The notes under the pieces are model-generated. The model did no database searches, was not told where the DNA came from, and saw only the letters and a list, made by a program, of their open reading frames with translations. Positions 1-8,979 of a stretch of 20,000 bases of DNA are shown here, piece after piece. Each line of letters begins with the position of its first letter. Position 1 is the stretch's first letter. Location: the IMG/VR virus record IMGVR_UViG_3300031227_000031; one strand, 5' to 3'. The translations under genes were made by a program, and so were the position numbers. The DNA is from an uncultured virus (IMG/VR IMGVR_UViG_3300031227_000031) (Duplodnaviria; Heunggongvirae; Uroviricota; Caudoviricetes).

Positions 1-325
1 ACGCAAGGTAATAAGATCCTTCTTGACCATCAAGCTGATCAGCGCTTTTTCCGGTCAACGTACTGGGGATATTGGCTAAAGGCATGTTCCCGGCACCGGC
101 TGGGGTCCCGGATAATGTTGTCAAAGCGGATCCTGCGACTTTACTAGCAGTCGTAATTTGCGCAAGTTTTGTATCGACGATCGCTGCTGTAGGTGAGACT
201 TTTGCGTTTGTAACCAATAAATCTGAATCAGTGCCTAAAACTATCGCAGCCCAATTTGCGCGTAGATATCCAGGTGTATTAATTAATAGGCTATCATCAG
301 CCGGTAGTGTTGCGTTCCAAGCCAT
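1..325 (-). CDS. Probable tail fibre protein, N-terminal part (runs off window start)
   Basis: Not in the ORF track. Manual translation from ATG at 325 (SD GAGGTG at 333-338): MAWNATLPADDSLLINTPGYLRANWAAIVLGTDSDLLVTNAKVSPTAAIVDTKLAQITTASKVAGSALTTLSGTPAGAGNMPLANIPSTLTGKSADQLDGQEGSYYLA..., open to the edge. Ala/Thr/Gly-rich with an ADxLDG motif common in fibres; lies downstream of the tail tip gene. Confidence 0.7.
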   Translation of the reverse strand, partial: MAWNATLPADDSLLINTPGYLRANWAAIVLGTDSDLLVTNAKVSPTAAIVDTKLAQITTASKVAGSALTTLSGTPAGAGNMPLANIPSTLTGKSADQLDGQEGSYYLA

Positions 326-331
326 TAGATA

Positions 332-721
332 TCACCTCTTTTTCTTTTTTTGCCGACGATTAGGTTTACCTACTCGTGGCCGAATTTTTGGTTTATCAGG
401 TATCGTTGTTTGTTTTTGCGTCTGTTTTATTTTGCTCATATCAAACAATGTAACGCCATGATCTCGTAATTCTTGTTGCCAGCATTCAGTATGAAACGAC
501 ATGCCTACGCAATGGTTCGCCGCATGTTCCGGGCTTTTAAATATCGGAGGTGTTTCCGCAAAATATCTTTGAATAATTAAACATGGTTGCACGAAAACAT
601 AGCAAAGATCTTTGATCACCGGGCCGTCTTTATGTAAACAATTTTTACGATGGCAAATAGGAAGATTTATTTGCACTCCTTGCTGGACATTATCAGATTG
701 TTCTTGCTTTTGCTTTAACAT
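332..721 (-). CDS. Hypothetical protein, Cys/His-rich with a very basic C-terminus
   Basis: ORF track gives 332..769. ATG at 721 (MLKQKQ...) has GGAGG at 728-732, 6 nt upstream, so it is the likelier start. Contains CHRKNC, HC and FHTECW; ends PNRRQKKKKR. Confidence 0.65.
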   Translation of the reverse strand: MLKQKQEQSDNVQQGVQINLPICHRKNCLHKDGPVIKDLCYVFVQPCLIIQRYFAETPPIFKSPEHAANHCVGMSFHTECWQQELRDHGVTLFDMSKIKQTQKQTTIPDKPKIRPRVGKPNRRQKKKKR

Positions 722-947
722 CTTTAACCTCCATTTGTTCTGCGGCACATGCGTGCCGTACCGAATCATTGATTAATTCAATGATATATTTTGTATCAAC
801 GATTGTTTTTACTCCGACGCTATAAAGCTTTGTATCTATTTTGCCAGTATCATATTTGATTTGGTATTGCACAACTCCGGAAACAAAATTTCCGTCATCA
901 TCAAATTTATAAATTAATGTACGAGGTAAAATAGTTTGTTTCTGCAT
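693..947 (-). CDS. Hypothetical protein (84 aa) downstream of the tail tip gene
   Basis: AAGGAG SD directly after the stop of 957..4058; fits the operon packing; no motif recognised. Confidence 0.7.
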   Translation of the reverse strand: MQKQTILPRTLIYKFDDDGNFVSGVVQYQIKYDTGKIDTKLYSVGVKTIVDTKYIIELINDSVRHACAAEQMEVKDVKAKARTI

Positions 948-956
948 AACAACTCC

Positions 957-3900
957 TTATTTTCCATGGGCGTGCCAGCCGAATGTACCCGTTGCTAGCG
1001 TTCCATCAAGCTCATAAAGTTTCACCGTAAACCCTGTAGTAGACGGAATAACGCTAAATTTATGTGCATATCCAACACCGCTTGTAATGGTTATATTCAC
1101 AGCCGGCGCCTCATGGAAAGTTTTCGTGAACGTTATTTCGTCACCATCAGCCGCAACAGTGACTTCCCCTGTTCCCTTATCATCAACATCTGGGATATCT
1201 GCCTGAACTGTTAATTGGCTGACTAAAATATTTGAGCCGAGATTTTCTCTGGTGACAGTCATGCGGACCTGATAATACCGACAAATATGGTCGGCTAAAA
1301 TCCAATCTTCCCAATCAGTCCACGTCACATTATCTTCTGAAGTCCGGACCTCAAAGGTTAAAGCTGATGGTGCCTCGTATCCAGTAAATCTAAGCGTTTT
1401 TGAATCGTCAAATGCAGCCGAAGCATCATCATCCCAAGCTAAAGATGAAGTCGTTGTGGCAACTCTTAAAATAGCAAGGCGCGCGGTACAAACATACCCG
1501 ATGTCGTATTGCGGGGTCGTATATGTTCCCGTTAATTTCCCCGCGGAAAGAGTGAGGTTGTCTCCGCTTTTTTCTGTGTCCGATTTCGTGCCTCCCCAAG
1601 CAGTGTGTTCGTCATTGTCATCAACGATGTTTTGAAACGGAATATTATCAACGGTAAGTGTCGCCTCAGTCGCGTTCTCGGAATAATTTCCGCTGTTGTC
1701 AATGGCTTTTATCCAATACGCCTGATCAGAACCGGTCCGGATATCGTTCAAATCCGCTTGTGCCCCGGCTAAATCAGCGCCGACAACATCGCCGGAGATC
1801 CATGATGCGCCTTTACGAATTTCATAACGCCGGACATCGACGTCTGCCACCGGGGTCCAGACACAAGATAATTTGTCCCGATACTGTTTTACGAGAAACG
1901 CTAAAACATCTGAGGGCAAAGAATCCTTGCCAATAAGAACCAACGCATCAGATGCCGTTCCGGTAGAAAGGATCCCCTCTTTATTCAAAGTCTTCACTTT
2001 AATTGTGTATGAACTTTCGATTTCAAGATTATGAGTTATGACAAAAGACGTTTTTGTTCGATGAACGCTTGTTAAAAATGTATAATCGCCTCCGTCTTTA
2101 CTGATCTCAAGCTGGTACCAAGCAAGCTGATCAATGCTGTTTTCTAGAGCCGCCCAGAATACTGTCACGCTTGAAATATGTACGCCGTCATTATTCCGCC
2201 ATCCGTCTTCAGAAAGCGTCACGGAATCGACATTATCGAGCGATGTGAAAGGATTATACGGGGATCCATAGTCCCAGCCATCGATCGATGCCCCGGGCGT
2301 ATCATCAAGAATGCTGGAATTATACGCTTTGCAATTTATTTTAATTTTGCCTTCATCTGCCTCTTCAAACGACATCACACGGAACATGGCTTCTGTCCAG
2401 CCGGGATGCGAGTGCGTGACCGTAACGATATCCCCAGGCTCAACACAGATTGCATCAATAAATGCTTCAAAACTGCAAGAAATAGGGTTGATTTTGGTTT
2501 CGTATAATACCTGTTTGGCCCGGCGTAAGGCCTGTGATTGGCGGATTATCCCGTACATTTCAATGACGTCTTCAATAATATCGCGGGTATCTTGATCGAG
2601 TTCGTCTTCAGCCCAAGCAACCCGATCTGGATTGTACCGCTCCAATGGTTCAATCCATTTTATACCGATTTTATTCGGGCTTTCTTCACTGGCGCCGTAG
2701 CTCCAAGAAAAAGAGTTTTCAAGAATATTGTCTTCATCAAAAGCAAAAGCCGCTGTTTCATCAGCTTTTTCCAACACGATCTTGTATCCACTCCCGCTGG
2801 GAAAAATATAGCCGTTGCAAGTGCTCAATATTTCTACGATATTTTCAGCAACAGACCGTTCTTCATCAAAAATATAGTCAAATCGGTACCGTGCCTCAGT
2901 GCCATCGGCTCCGTCATCGACCAACCCTTCACAATAATCATATGTAGATCCAAACGAGGATGCATCAAGATCGTCTTCACTTAGCCCGGCACCGCCACGT
3001 TTACGGCTGAGTATCAAATAATCACGTAGGATAGCGATAGGGTTGCGTGAAAAGGTCGAACCCAACCATGTACTCCCAGAATACGTTTTTATTTTCCTGC
3101 CGCTGAGTTTCGCCCCGGCTGTAACATTTCCGCTTAAACCATCGTTTGCGACAATGGTTAATGCGGAGTATGTTAAATTTTTCATACCATGAACAATGCT
3201 AGCTGCGCGGCTATCAACAACTTGCGTGGCGGTACCTAGGTAATTGTCGTATGAGCAATCAGTGTGAACAGAATCGATTGTTTCTTCATTAAGTTCAACA
3301 TCTTCAATCGCTTGGCATTCGCCTTCACCATAAACGAGGAACCGTTTAACTGTTGGGCCCGGATCCGATTGCCAAATGATGTTGCCGCCAATAAGTAAGG
3401 GACCACCATAAATTAAAGGAACAATACCATCGTTTGAATAAGTGTTTGTAATCTCTTTATAACGGGAAGATGTAGTTGCACTTTTTTTTCTTAATTTCCG
3501 CGCTTGTTGAGCCGAAACAACTGCGGAATATACGCTATAAGATACTGCCGCAAAACCTAAGACCATAGCCAAGTTGATACCAAAAGACGCAAATCCTAAA
3601 TCAACGACGGCAAAAAATGTTGTAAAAATGTCTTCAGCCGTTCCTGGAAGAATAATTTCTTTTTTTCCTTTTGTGTGAACACCACCGACAAACGCATGCT
3701 TCCAATCAAAATTAAGTTTAACAATCCTGCTTTTTCCAAACCGTGAATTGATCTCAAGGAACTGATCGTATCCTAAAAATATGCCAGCGTGCACATGCCG
3801 GCCATCAAAGAAAACAGCGACGTCATCTGGCTCAAGCTCTTCGTATGGGAATTTTAAGAAATATTTTTTTGCTGCTTCAAGATTATTTTTATTCTCTTCT

Positions 3901-4058
3901 ATATCGTCAGGGATTATGCATTTTATGCCTTTTATTTTTTCAAGATATAAAGCGCATAAACCAACACAGTCGCACCCATCAACAGCTCGGCCTTTTTGTT
4001 GATACTTTATTCCAACGAGGCGGTTTATTGGTTTAGTGTTTTGTTCAACAAGAATCAT
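957..4058 (-). CDS. Tail tip/central hub (lambda gpJ-like host specificity protein) with an N-terminal NlpC/P60 peptidase domain
   Basis: Residues 1-130 show NlpC/P60 motifs (GIKYQQKGR..GCDCVGL, PDDVAVF, HAGIFLG). Then a hydrophobic segment, VPLIYG, SRNPIAILRDYL, FDEDNILENSFSW and VEPGDIVTVTH (gpJ-like), FN3-like repeats, and a C-terminal ITFTKTFHEAPAV...TTGFTVKLY...FGWHAHG domain. Start overlaps the upstream stop (TGATG). Confidence 0.85.
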   Translation of the reverse strand: MILVEQNTKPINRLVGIKYQQKGRAVDGCDCVGLCALYLEKIKGIKCIIPDDIEENKNNLEAAKKYFLKFPYEELEPDDVAVFFDGRHVHAGIFLGYDQFLEINSRFGKSRIVKLNFDWKHAFVGGVHTKGKKEIILPGTAEDIFTTFFAVVDLGFASFGINLAMVLGFAAVSYSVYSAVVSAQQARKLRKKSATTSSRYKEITNTYSNDGIVPLIYGGPLLIGGNIIWQSDPGPTVKRFLVYGEGECQAIEDVELNEETIDSVHTDCSYDNYLGTATQVVDSRAASIVHGMKNLTYSALTIVANDGLSGNVTAGAKLSGRKIKTYSGSTWLGSTFSRNPIAILRDYLILSRKRGGAGLSEDDLDASSFGSTYDYCEGLVDDGADGTEARYRFDYIFDEERSVAENIVEILSTCNGYIFPSGSGYKIVLEKADETAAFAFDEDNILENSFSWSYGASEESPNKIGIKWIEPLERYNPDRVAWAEDELDQDTRDIIEDVIEMYGIIRQSQALRRAKQVLYETKINPISCSFEAFIDAICVEPGDIVTVTHSHPGWTEAMFRVMSFEEADEGKIKINCKAYNSSILDDTPGASIDGWDYGSPYNPFTSLDNVDSVTLSEDGWRNNDGVHISSVTVFWAALENSIDQLAWYQLEISKDGGDYTFLTSVHRTKTSFVITHNLEIESSYTIKVKTLNKEGILSTGTASDALVLIGKDSLPSDVLAFLVKQYRDKLSCVWTPVADVDVRRYEIRKGASWISGDVVGADLAGAQADLNDIRTGSDQAYWIKAIDNSGNYSENATEATLTVDNIPFQNIVDDNDEHTAWGGTKSDTEKSGDNLTLSAGKLTGTYTTPQYDIGYVCTARLAILRVATTTSSLAWDDDASAAFDDSKTLRFTGYEAPSALTFEVRTSEDNVTWTDWEDWILADHICRYYQVRMTVTRENLGSNILVSQLTVQADIPDVDDKGTGEVTVAADGDEITFTKTFHEAPAVNITITSGVGYAHKFSVIPSTTGFTVKLYELDGTLATGTFGWHAHGK

Positions 4059-4936
4059 CAGTAATCACTCCTAAGCGGGATTGTATGGAACCCGCCGAAA
4101 TTGCCTTCGTTATTATATGTGTTCTCGCAGGTATTCAAAGTCTTATCGCATCCGCGATAAACAACATACTTTACACCGGCCACAACCGTTGAAGGCAACG
4201 CATAATAAAAATACAGAGTCCTTGTTGCTTGATCAAAATCTTTAATCAACCGTTTCTGACCACCGAGGGCGCCACCACCTAGGATCCCAATGTACCCGTG
4301 ATTCCAGTGATCGTCAGCCTGGGTAAGCACGTTAGTATCAATTAATGTGGTCGTACTTCCTCCAGTCGCGGTCCCTGTGACTTTATTGACGCTTGAATTG
4401 CGGTTGACTTGACATAGGGATCTACCAAACTGCCAGGGGCATTGAATGCGGTATTTCCGGCCGGTTTTATAATTCAACGTACCGAATTTTGAAACCAAAG
4501 AAGCTGTCATTGTTTTTTTACTAGAATCGAACGCAATTTGATTAATTTTCCCATCCCATACGATTTTAACATTATCGGCATTGTCAAGTTTATCCCGGAA
4601 TCCTAATCGAACAATGACACGTTTACCGCGAAAATCTTTATCTGCGGCCCAAGCTGCCATAGCGTCATTAACATTACAAACGCTTAACTCCATCGTCGGG
4701 ACTTTCATAGATGTTTCCCTGCCAGATGGCCCGCGTGTTATACCAAGGGCCATATATGTCGTAGGGATACTTTCTGGATAGTTGAAGAAATCAATATTCT
4801 TGTAAAAACTTACAAAATGGTGAGTGTCGCCATCGGTCTCGGTTTGTGAGCCGAGAAAAAAATCGTAGAAATTAATGATGCGGGTTTCGAGTTTATTTTT
4901 TGCTCGATCAAAAGCGTCTGTTGATGTATAAGCCAT
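4058..4936 (-). CDS. Baseplate hub protein (DUF2163/BR0599-like; lambda gpL / GTA g13 type), probable Fe-S cluster
   Basis: Four Cys in QCPWQFGRSLC ... GCDKTLNTC and terminal NFGGF, typical of this family; lies between the distal tail protein and the NlpC/P60 domain. Confidence 0.85.
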   Translation of the reverse strand: MAYTSTDAFDRAKNKLETRIINFYDFFLGSQTETDGDTHHFVSFYKNIDFFNYPESIPTTYMALGITRGPSGRETSMKVPTMELSVCNVNDAMAAWAADKDFRGKRVIVRLGFRDKLDNADNVKIVWDGKINQIAFDSSKKTMTASLVSKFGTLNYKTGRKYRIQCPWQFGRSLCQVNRNSSVNKVTGTATGGSTTTLIDTNVLTQADDHWNHGYIGILGGGALGGQKRLIKDFDQATRTLYFYYALPSTVVAGVKYVVYRGCDKTLNTCENTYNNEGNFGGFHTIPLRSDY

Positions 4937-5587
4937 TTAAGCATTTCCTGCTCGTGGTTCATAAGATGACCACCGGCATTCTTTTAACTCCACTCCGGCG
5001 TGAAGAAGTTGATAGGCGATTAATTTCCTGCTTAAATTAGCGTTAGCAAACCGCATAAGAAAATAAAATTCGTAGTCGATCGTCAGGATCCCGGAAGGTG
5101 CGGCAGTAAAAGTCGCATATGATTTTTCTGTGCCGAAATTATTCGATAATGTGCCTGAGACTTCAACGCCGCCGACATAAAGCGTAAAATTTGTGCTGGT
5201 ATCAACAGGGAACTCATCAAGCAAGTACGTTGTTTCAACTCCATCACCGTTGCCTAATGACTCGCTTGTGACCTGGAACTCATGGTTGACTTTGCAAAGG
5301 AACGATTCGTATTGGCCTTTATGTGAAACATAAAAATCCCAGATCGTATTCATTTCGGACTGAGTATGATACTTTAGTTGTAATGAAAATGTGCGGAGAC
5401 CCACGTCCCATCTAGCATCTCGGCGCTCGCGTCCACTTTCAGATTTTGTCATTATAGTTTTGAATTCAATAGATTCATCCATATCGAATTCAGGGCTTAG
5501 AGTAAGGATATCGTTCGACAAAGTTGTGGTTGTTGATGTAGTCGAGGTTGTTGAAGTGGTCGAGGTCGAGGTTGTAGAGGTGCTCAT
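4937..5587 (-). CDS. Distal tail protein (DUF2460-like) with a 21-aa N-terminal Ser/Thr tract
   Basis: Motifs FKTIMTKSESGRERRDARW, DFYVSHKGQYESF, LGNGDG, FTAAPSG and EFYFLMRF; directly after the tape measure (ATGA overlap). Confidence 0.85.
   Translation of the reverse strand: MSTSTTSTSTTSTTSTTSTTTTLSNDILTLSPEFDMDESIEFKTIMTKSESGRERRDARWDVGLRTFSLQLKYHTQSEMNTIWDFYVSHKGQYESFLCKVNHEFQVTSESLGNGDGVETTYLLDEFPVDTSTNFTLYVGGVEVSGTLSNNFGTEKSYATFTAAPSGILTIDYEFYFLMRFANANLSRKLIAYQLLHAGVELKECRWSSYEPRAGNA
5522..5584 (-). repeat. Ser/Thr tract, 21 codons
   Basis: Direct translation; immediately after the start Met of the distal tail protein. Confidence 0.95.
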
Positions 5588-7623
5588 CCGAACATCCTTT
5601 TCATTGTGGCGTTATATACTCCGCCACGATTGTTCATCGATCGGCTATAAATGCCTTCAATAACATCCGGGTTCTGCGCCAAATAATCCCTAAACGATCG
5701 ATTATCTATGGCATTAATATTAAAGACGTTTACCACTTGTGGCCCCCCGCCCATTGAATCTCCGCGGTTTAAACGATGAAGATTATTGGAACCAAGATTT
5801 CGCATCCCGGTCCGGTTCAATACGCCTTCCCCATCTTCAAGCATTGCAGGAACAATTCCACCACCTTGAAACCGGCGCACAGGGCCACCGCCAAGATACC
5901 GGTTAGCTGTAACGGTGCCACCACCATGGTAAGCTTTTCCCGCAAACGCCCCGCCAAAAATAGAGCCTAACACCGCATGTGCGGCCATGTCTGTGAAAAT
6001 TTTTATGACAGTATTTCCAAACGCTGTAAAAGCATCAGTCAATTTATCAAGATCCCCCATGACAACATCGAAAAAGAGCGTGGACACATTTTGTCGTGCT
6101 GAATCAGCGAATTTTTTAACAGACAATTCCCAATCATAATTGACGATTTTCTTGAATTTATCTGTAAAGGTTTCTAGCCCCTTAATCAGTCCACCAGCAG
6201 GCCCGCCTTCTGCCCCAGTTTGTGTGTTTTTAGCTTTGTTCATTTTATTCTCAAATTTAGCGAAAATTTTATCTAATTTTTCAAAAGGAGCAATTAAGTC
6301 TTGCGTTATTTGTTCGCCTAATCCTATACCTTCGTCGGGGAATAGTTTGTTCAGCCTTTCCATTCCTTGTGAAACAACATTCTTGAAGAACTTATCCTGG
6401 AACTCTTCGCCCGCAGCTTTTCCCATTGCGCCACCGGCTGAGTACCCGGCAGCTTTCATGTCTGCTTGAAGTTTTTTAGCGAGTGGAGAATCGGGCGAAC
6501 TTAGTGTTTGTTTATAAATATCCCCAGCGTACTGTTTTGTAAAAGGTGATTGTCTATTCGCATTCCGCTGTATTTGTTCAGGAAGAGCAGCGGCGATTTC
6601 AGCAAAAACAGAAATAACCTGCATCCCCTTATATAAAGGATCTATAACATAATGCTTAAGGATAACTCCTACACCAATGCCAAACTTCATAACTCCGGCT
6701 AGGCTTTGGTTAAAATTCGCGGCTTCATCTCCGCCTTCTTTCAACGCATCGCCCATTTCTATAAACTTATTTTTGATTTCGATAATTGCAACGCGGACAC
6801 TCGGCGCCATAATTAAGAATAAACCAAGCCGTTTTTGCCAATCATCAAAGACGTTACTAAGCTGCGCCACGGCCCCGGCATAAGTATAAATATCTTTAGC
6901 GGCTTTCCCTCCATGCTGTTTGTTGATAGCTTTTAATAATGCTGCAAACTTTGCAGACTCTGGAATATTTTTAGCGATACTTGTCCCGTACCTCGACATT
7001 GCGCCAATGTATCCACCAAAGGCTTTAGCCGTTATTGCGACAGCAGATTTTAGATCCATTTTCATTGCAACGGCAAAATCAATGGTAGCTTGTGTTGCGG
7101 CTTTAAGGTTGTTGGCGGCACCTTTTCCACCCATGGCCAAAAGCATATCCATGGCTTCCATTACGTCTTCTTCGCCGAAACGTGAGGTTTTCTGCATTTC
7201 AGCGGCGAATTTCTGAAACTCTTTGGAAGATGATTTACTAAACTTCCCAACCTTTTTTAAAGAAATATTCAAACGCGCAATGGCGTCTTCAAACCGTTGC
7301 GCTTTCTGCGTGGCTTCTTTTGTGAATTGAATTAATGGCCGTAGGGCAAATACCCAGACTAAAATAAGGTTACGGATCCGACCGATTTGGCCAGCAAGTT
7401 TACCGACTTCAAACCCGAAGGTCCGGGCATGTCGGCCAGCTTTCGTCATGGATTTACCCATTTTATCAAAATCAAGGGCCATACCTTTCCCTTGTTTTTT
7501 GATCTCGACACCGGCTTTTTTTATAGCAGCAATTTGCTCTTTCGTCGCTTTGACGAATTTACCAGTCGCCGCATCCTTAAAAGAAAGGTATGTCACAAAC
7601 TTATTTATGGTTTCATTTCCCAT
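5584..7623 (-). CDS. Tail tape measure protein (about 679 aa)
   Basis: Long helical Ala/Lys/Gly-rich protein; C-terminal YHGGG...FQGGGIVPAMLEDGEGVLN and VNVFNINAID motifs like lambda gpH relatives; follows the chaperone pair. Start set at ATG 7623; the ORF track extends to 7641. Confidence 0.9.
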   Translation of the reverse strand: MGNETINKFVTYLSFKDAATGKFVKATKEQIAAIKKAGVEIKKQGKGMALDFDKMGKSMTKAGRHARTFGFEVGKLAGQIGRIRNLILVWVFALRPLIQFTKEATQKAQRFEDAIARLNISLKKVGKFSKSSSKEFQKFAAEMQKTSRFGEEDVMEAMDMLLAMGGKGAANNLKAATQATIDFAVAMKMDLKSAVAITAKAFGGYIGAMSRYGTSIAKNIPESAKFAALLKAINKQHGGKAAKDIYTYAGAVAQLSNVFDDWQKRLGLFLIMAPSVRVAIIEIKNKFIEMGDALKEGGDEAANFNQSLAGVMKFGIGVGVILKHYVIDPLYKGMQVISVFAEIAAALPEQIQRNANRQSPFTKQYAGDIYKQTLSSPDSPLAKKLQADMKAAGYSAGGAMGKAAGEEFQDKFFKNVVSQGMERLNKLFPDEGIGLGEQITQDLIAPFEKLDKIFAKFENKMNKAKNTQTGAEGGPAGGLIKGLETFTDKFKKIVNYDWELSVKKFADSARQNVSTLFFDVVMGDLDKLTDAFTAFGNTVIKIFTDMAAHAVLGSIFGGAFAGKAYHGGGTVTANRYLGGGPVRRFQGGGIVPAMLEDGEGVLNRTGMRNLGSNNLHRLNRGDSMGGGPQVVNVFNINAIDNRSFRDYLAQNPDVIEGIYSRSMNNRGGVYNATMKRMFG

Positions 7624-7930
7624 GACGTTTCTGCGCCTCAATTTTAGCTATTTCATCTTCAACAATTTCAAATGCTTCAATCAACTTTGCTGGCTGTTGC
7701 CCGGCATTTCCTGGAAACAACAATGCGTTGTTTTTATATTGCTGGTACCATCTAACATACATTACTGATAATGGCGTGACTGATTTTGCCGGACACTCTT
7801 TAAGTATTTCTCCATCAAGCTCAAATATATGCCCTTGTTTCATGGGGCATTTCATTGATTTTGGCAATCGTGGGTTACATTCGTGGCATTGAATCTTATT
7901 TTGTCTTACCCAGACTGCCCGTCGGAGTTT
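7613..7930 (-). CDS. Tail assembly chaperone frameshift extension (gpT-like part of a gpGT fusion)
   Basis: The -1 frame relative to 7906..8376, entered at the A AAA AAC site. Reads KLRRAVWVRQNKIQCHEC...LLFPGNAGQQPAKLIEAFEIVEDE..., stop at 7613. Confidence 0.75.
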   Translation of the reverse strand, partial: KLRRAVWVRQNKIQCHECNPRLPKSMKCPMKQGHIFELDGEILKECPAKSVTPLSVMYVRWYQQYKNNALLFPGNAGQQPAKLIEAFEIVEDEIAKIEAQKRHGK

Positions 7931-8376
7931 TTTTCTTCCTCCTCCGACATACCTGATAATTCCCAAATTTTACTTGACAACCAACGCAAAGCTTGCATCG
8001 GAATAGATTTGATGACGTCGTCTACTACAAAGTTTTGAGTAACTCCAAAAACCGTTTTATTCTCGGTTTTATACTCAACAGGTTTACCGTCACGATGATT
8101 AAACTTCTCAAACCCTTTCAGCCCAAGTTTAACGATAATAATATCTTGCTCAAGGTTAGATATTTTTGAATGGATATTGACTTTAACGTTTTCTGGGTTA
8201 GGCTTCTCGCCTTCTTTCACTTTGTCGTCGATGCTAACTTCTTGAACTACAATCTCCGCCATAAGTTGCGCTACGGTAACAGAGTCTAAACCCGTAATTT
8301 TCCATATTGTAGGATTGTTTTTATCCCACGGTAACGTTTCATTAATAATTTGACCAAATGCGACAGCGTTAATCAT
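7906..8376 (-). CDS. Tail assembly chaperone (gpG-like)
   Basis: ATG 8376 with a GGGGAGG SD; ends ...LSGMSEEEEKNSDGQSG, with the EKN slippery signature; lies upstream of the tape measure. Confidence 0.8.
   Translation of the reverse strand: MINAVAFGQIINETLPWDKNNPTIWKITGLDSVTVAQLMAEIVVQEVSIDDKVKEGEKPNPENVKVNIHSKISNLEQDIIIVKLGLKGFEKFNHRDGKPVEYKTENKTVFGVTQNFVVDDVIKSIPMQALRWLSSKIWELSGMSEEEEKNSDGQSG
7927..7933 (-). other. -1 programmed ribosomal frameshift slippery heptamer A AAA AAC
   Basis: Minus strand ATG TCG GAG GAG GAA GAA AAA AAC TCC is an X XXY YYZ heptamer in the correct phase near the end of the chaperone gene, with an open -1 frame beyond it. Confidence 0.8.
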
Positions 8377-8393
8377 TTTTTTCCTCCCCGATC

Positions 8394-8978
8394 TCAAAGC
8401 GGCGTAAGACCGATAGAGTCAGACCAATCAGAAGTGCTTTCTCCTGAAGACTGCAAAGCACTTGATGTTCCGAATTTACCGAATCTTAACTTCGCCTTTT
8501 TGAGACCTGCCTTTTTTATTTTGTTATTAATCCACCTGAAAGTATCAGATCGAAGCCGGCGTGCCGTTCGATCACTTATGCCAATAAACATCCGGCGTAC
8601 ACGTGTTTTTCCTGCCCCTTCCTGCTGATGAATTATACCCAGCAAATCGCGTGGCGGGGATCCTTCAGACTTAACCCCTGCGGCCCATACTCCTTTACCG
8701 ATTTTCCAGGAACTTATAGCCCGGAACATCTGCCCGGTATTCCACAACGGGCGCGTGGCCATCTGCGGACTACTGGCCGTTTTTTTCTTACGTCGAATCG
8801 TTGATGGCGCCAACGCAGTCATCCGCCCTCCACGAAGGTCCTGACTATTCCGGATCCGTTTCTTTCCTTCATCAGCAACCTTTTTTGCCAATGATTTCAG
8901 TAAAGCATCCGGTTTATCAAGACCTTCGAGTTTAGGAACATACTCCGCAGTTATTCCGAACTCAAATTCACTTGGCAT
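8394..8978 (-). CDS. Virion morphogenesis / tail completion protein (Mu gpG, P2 gpS-like)
   Basis: Motifs ALAPSTIRRK, PLWNTGQMFRAIS, GIIHQQEG and RRMFIGIS. Start reassigned to ATG 8978, 1 nt after the tail tube stop (TAATATG). Confidence 0.75.
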   Translation of the reverse strand: MPSEFEFGITAEYVPKLEGLDKPDALLKSLAKKVADEGKKRIRNSQDLRGGRMTALAPSTIRRKKKTASSPQMATRPLWNTGQMFRAISSWKIGKGVWAAGVKSEGSPPRDLLGIIHQQEGAGKTRVRRMFIGISDRTARRLRSDTFRWINNKIKKAGLKKAKLRFGKFGTSSALQSSGESTSDWSDSIGLTPL

Positions 8979-8979
8979 A

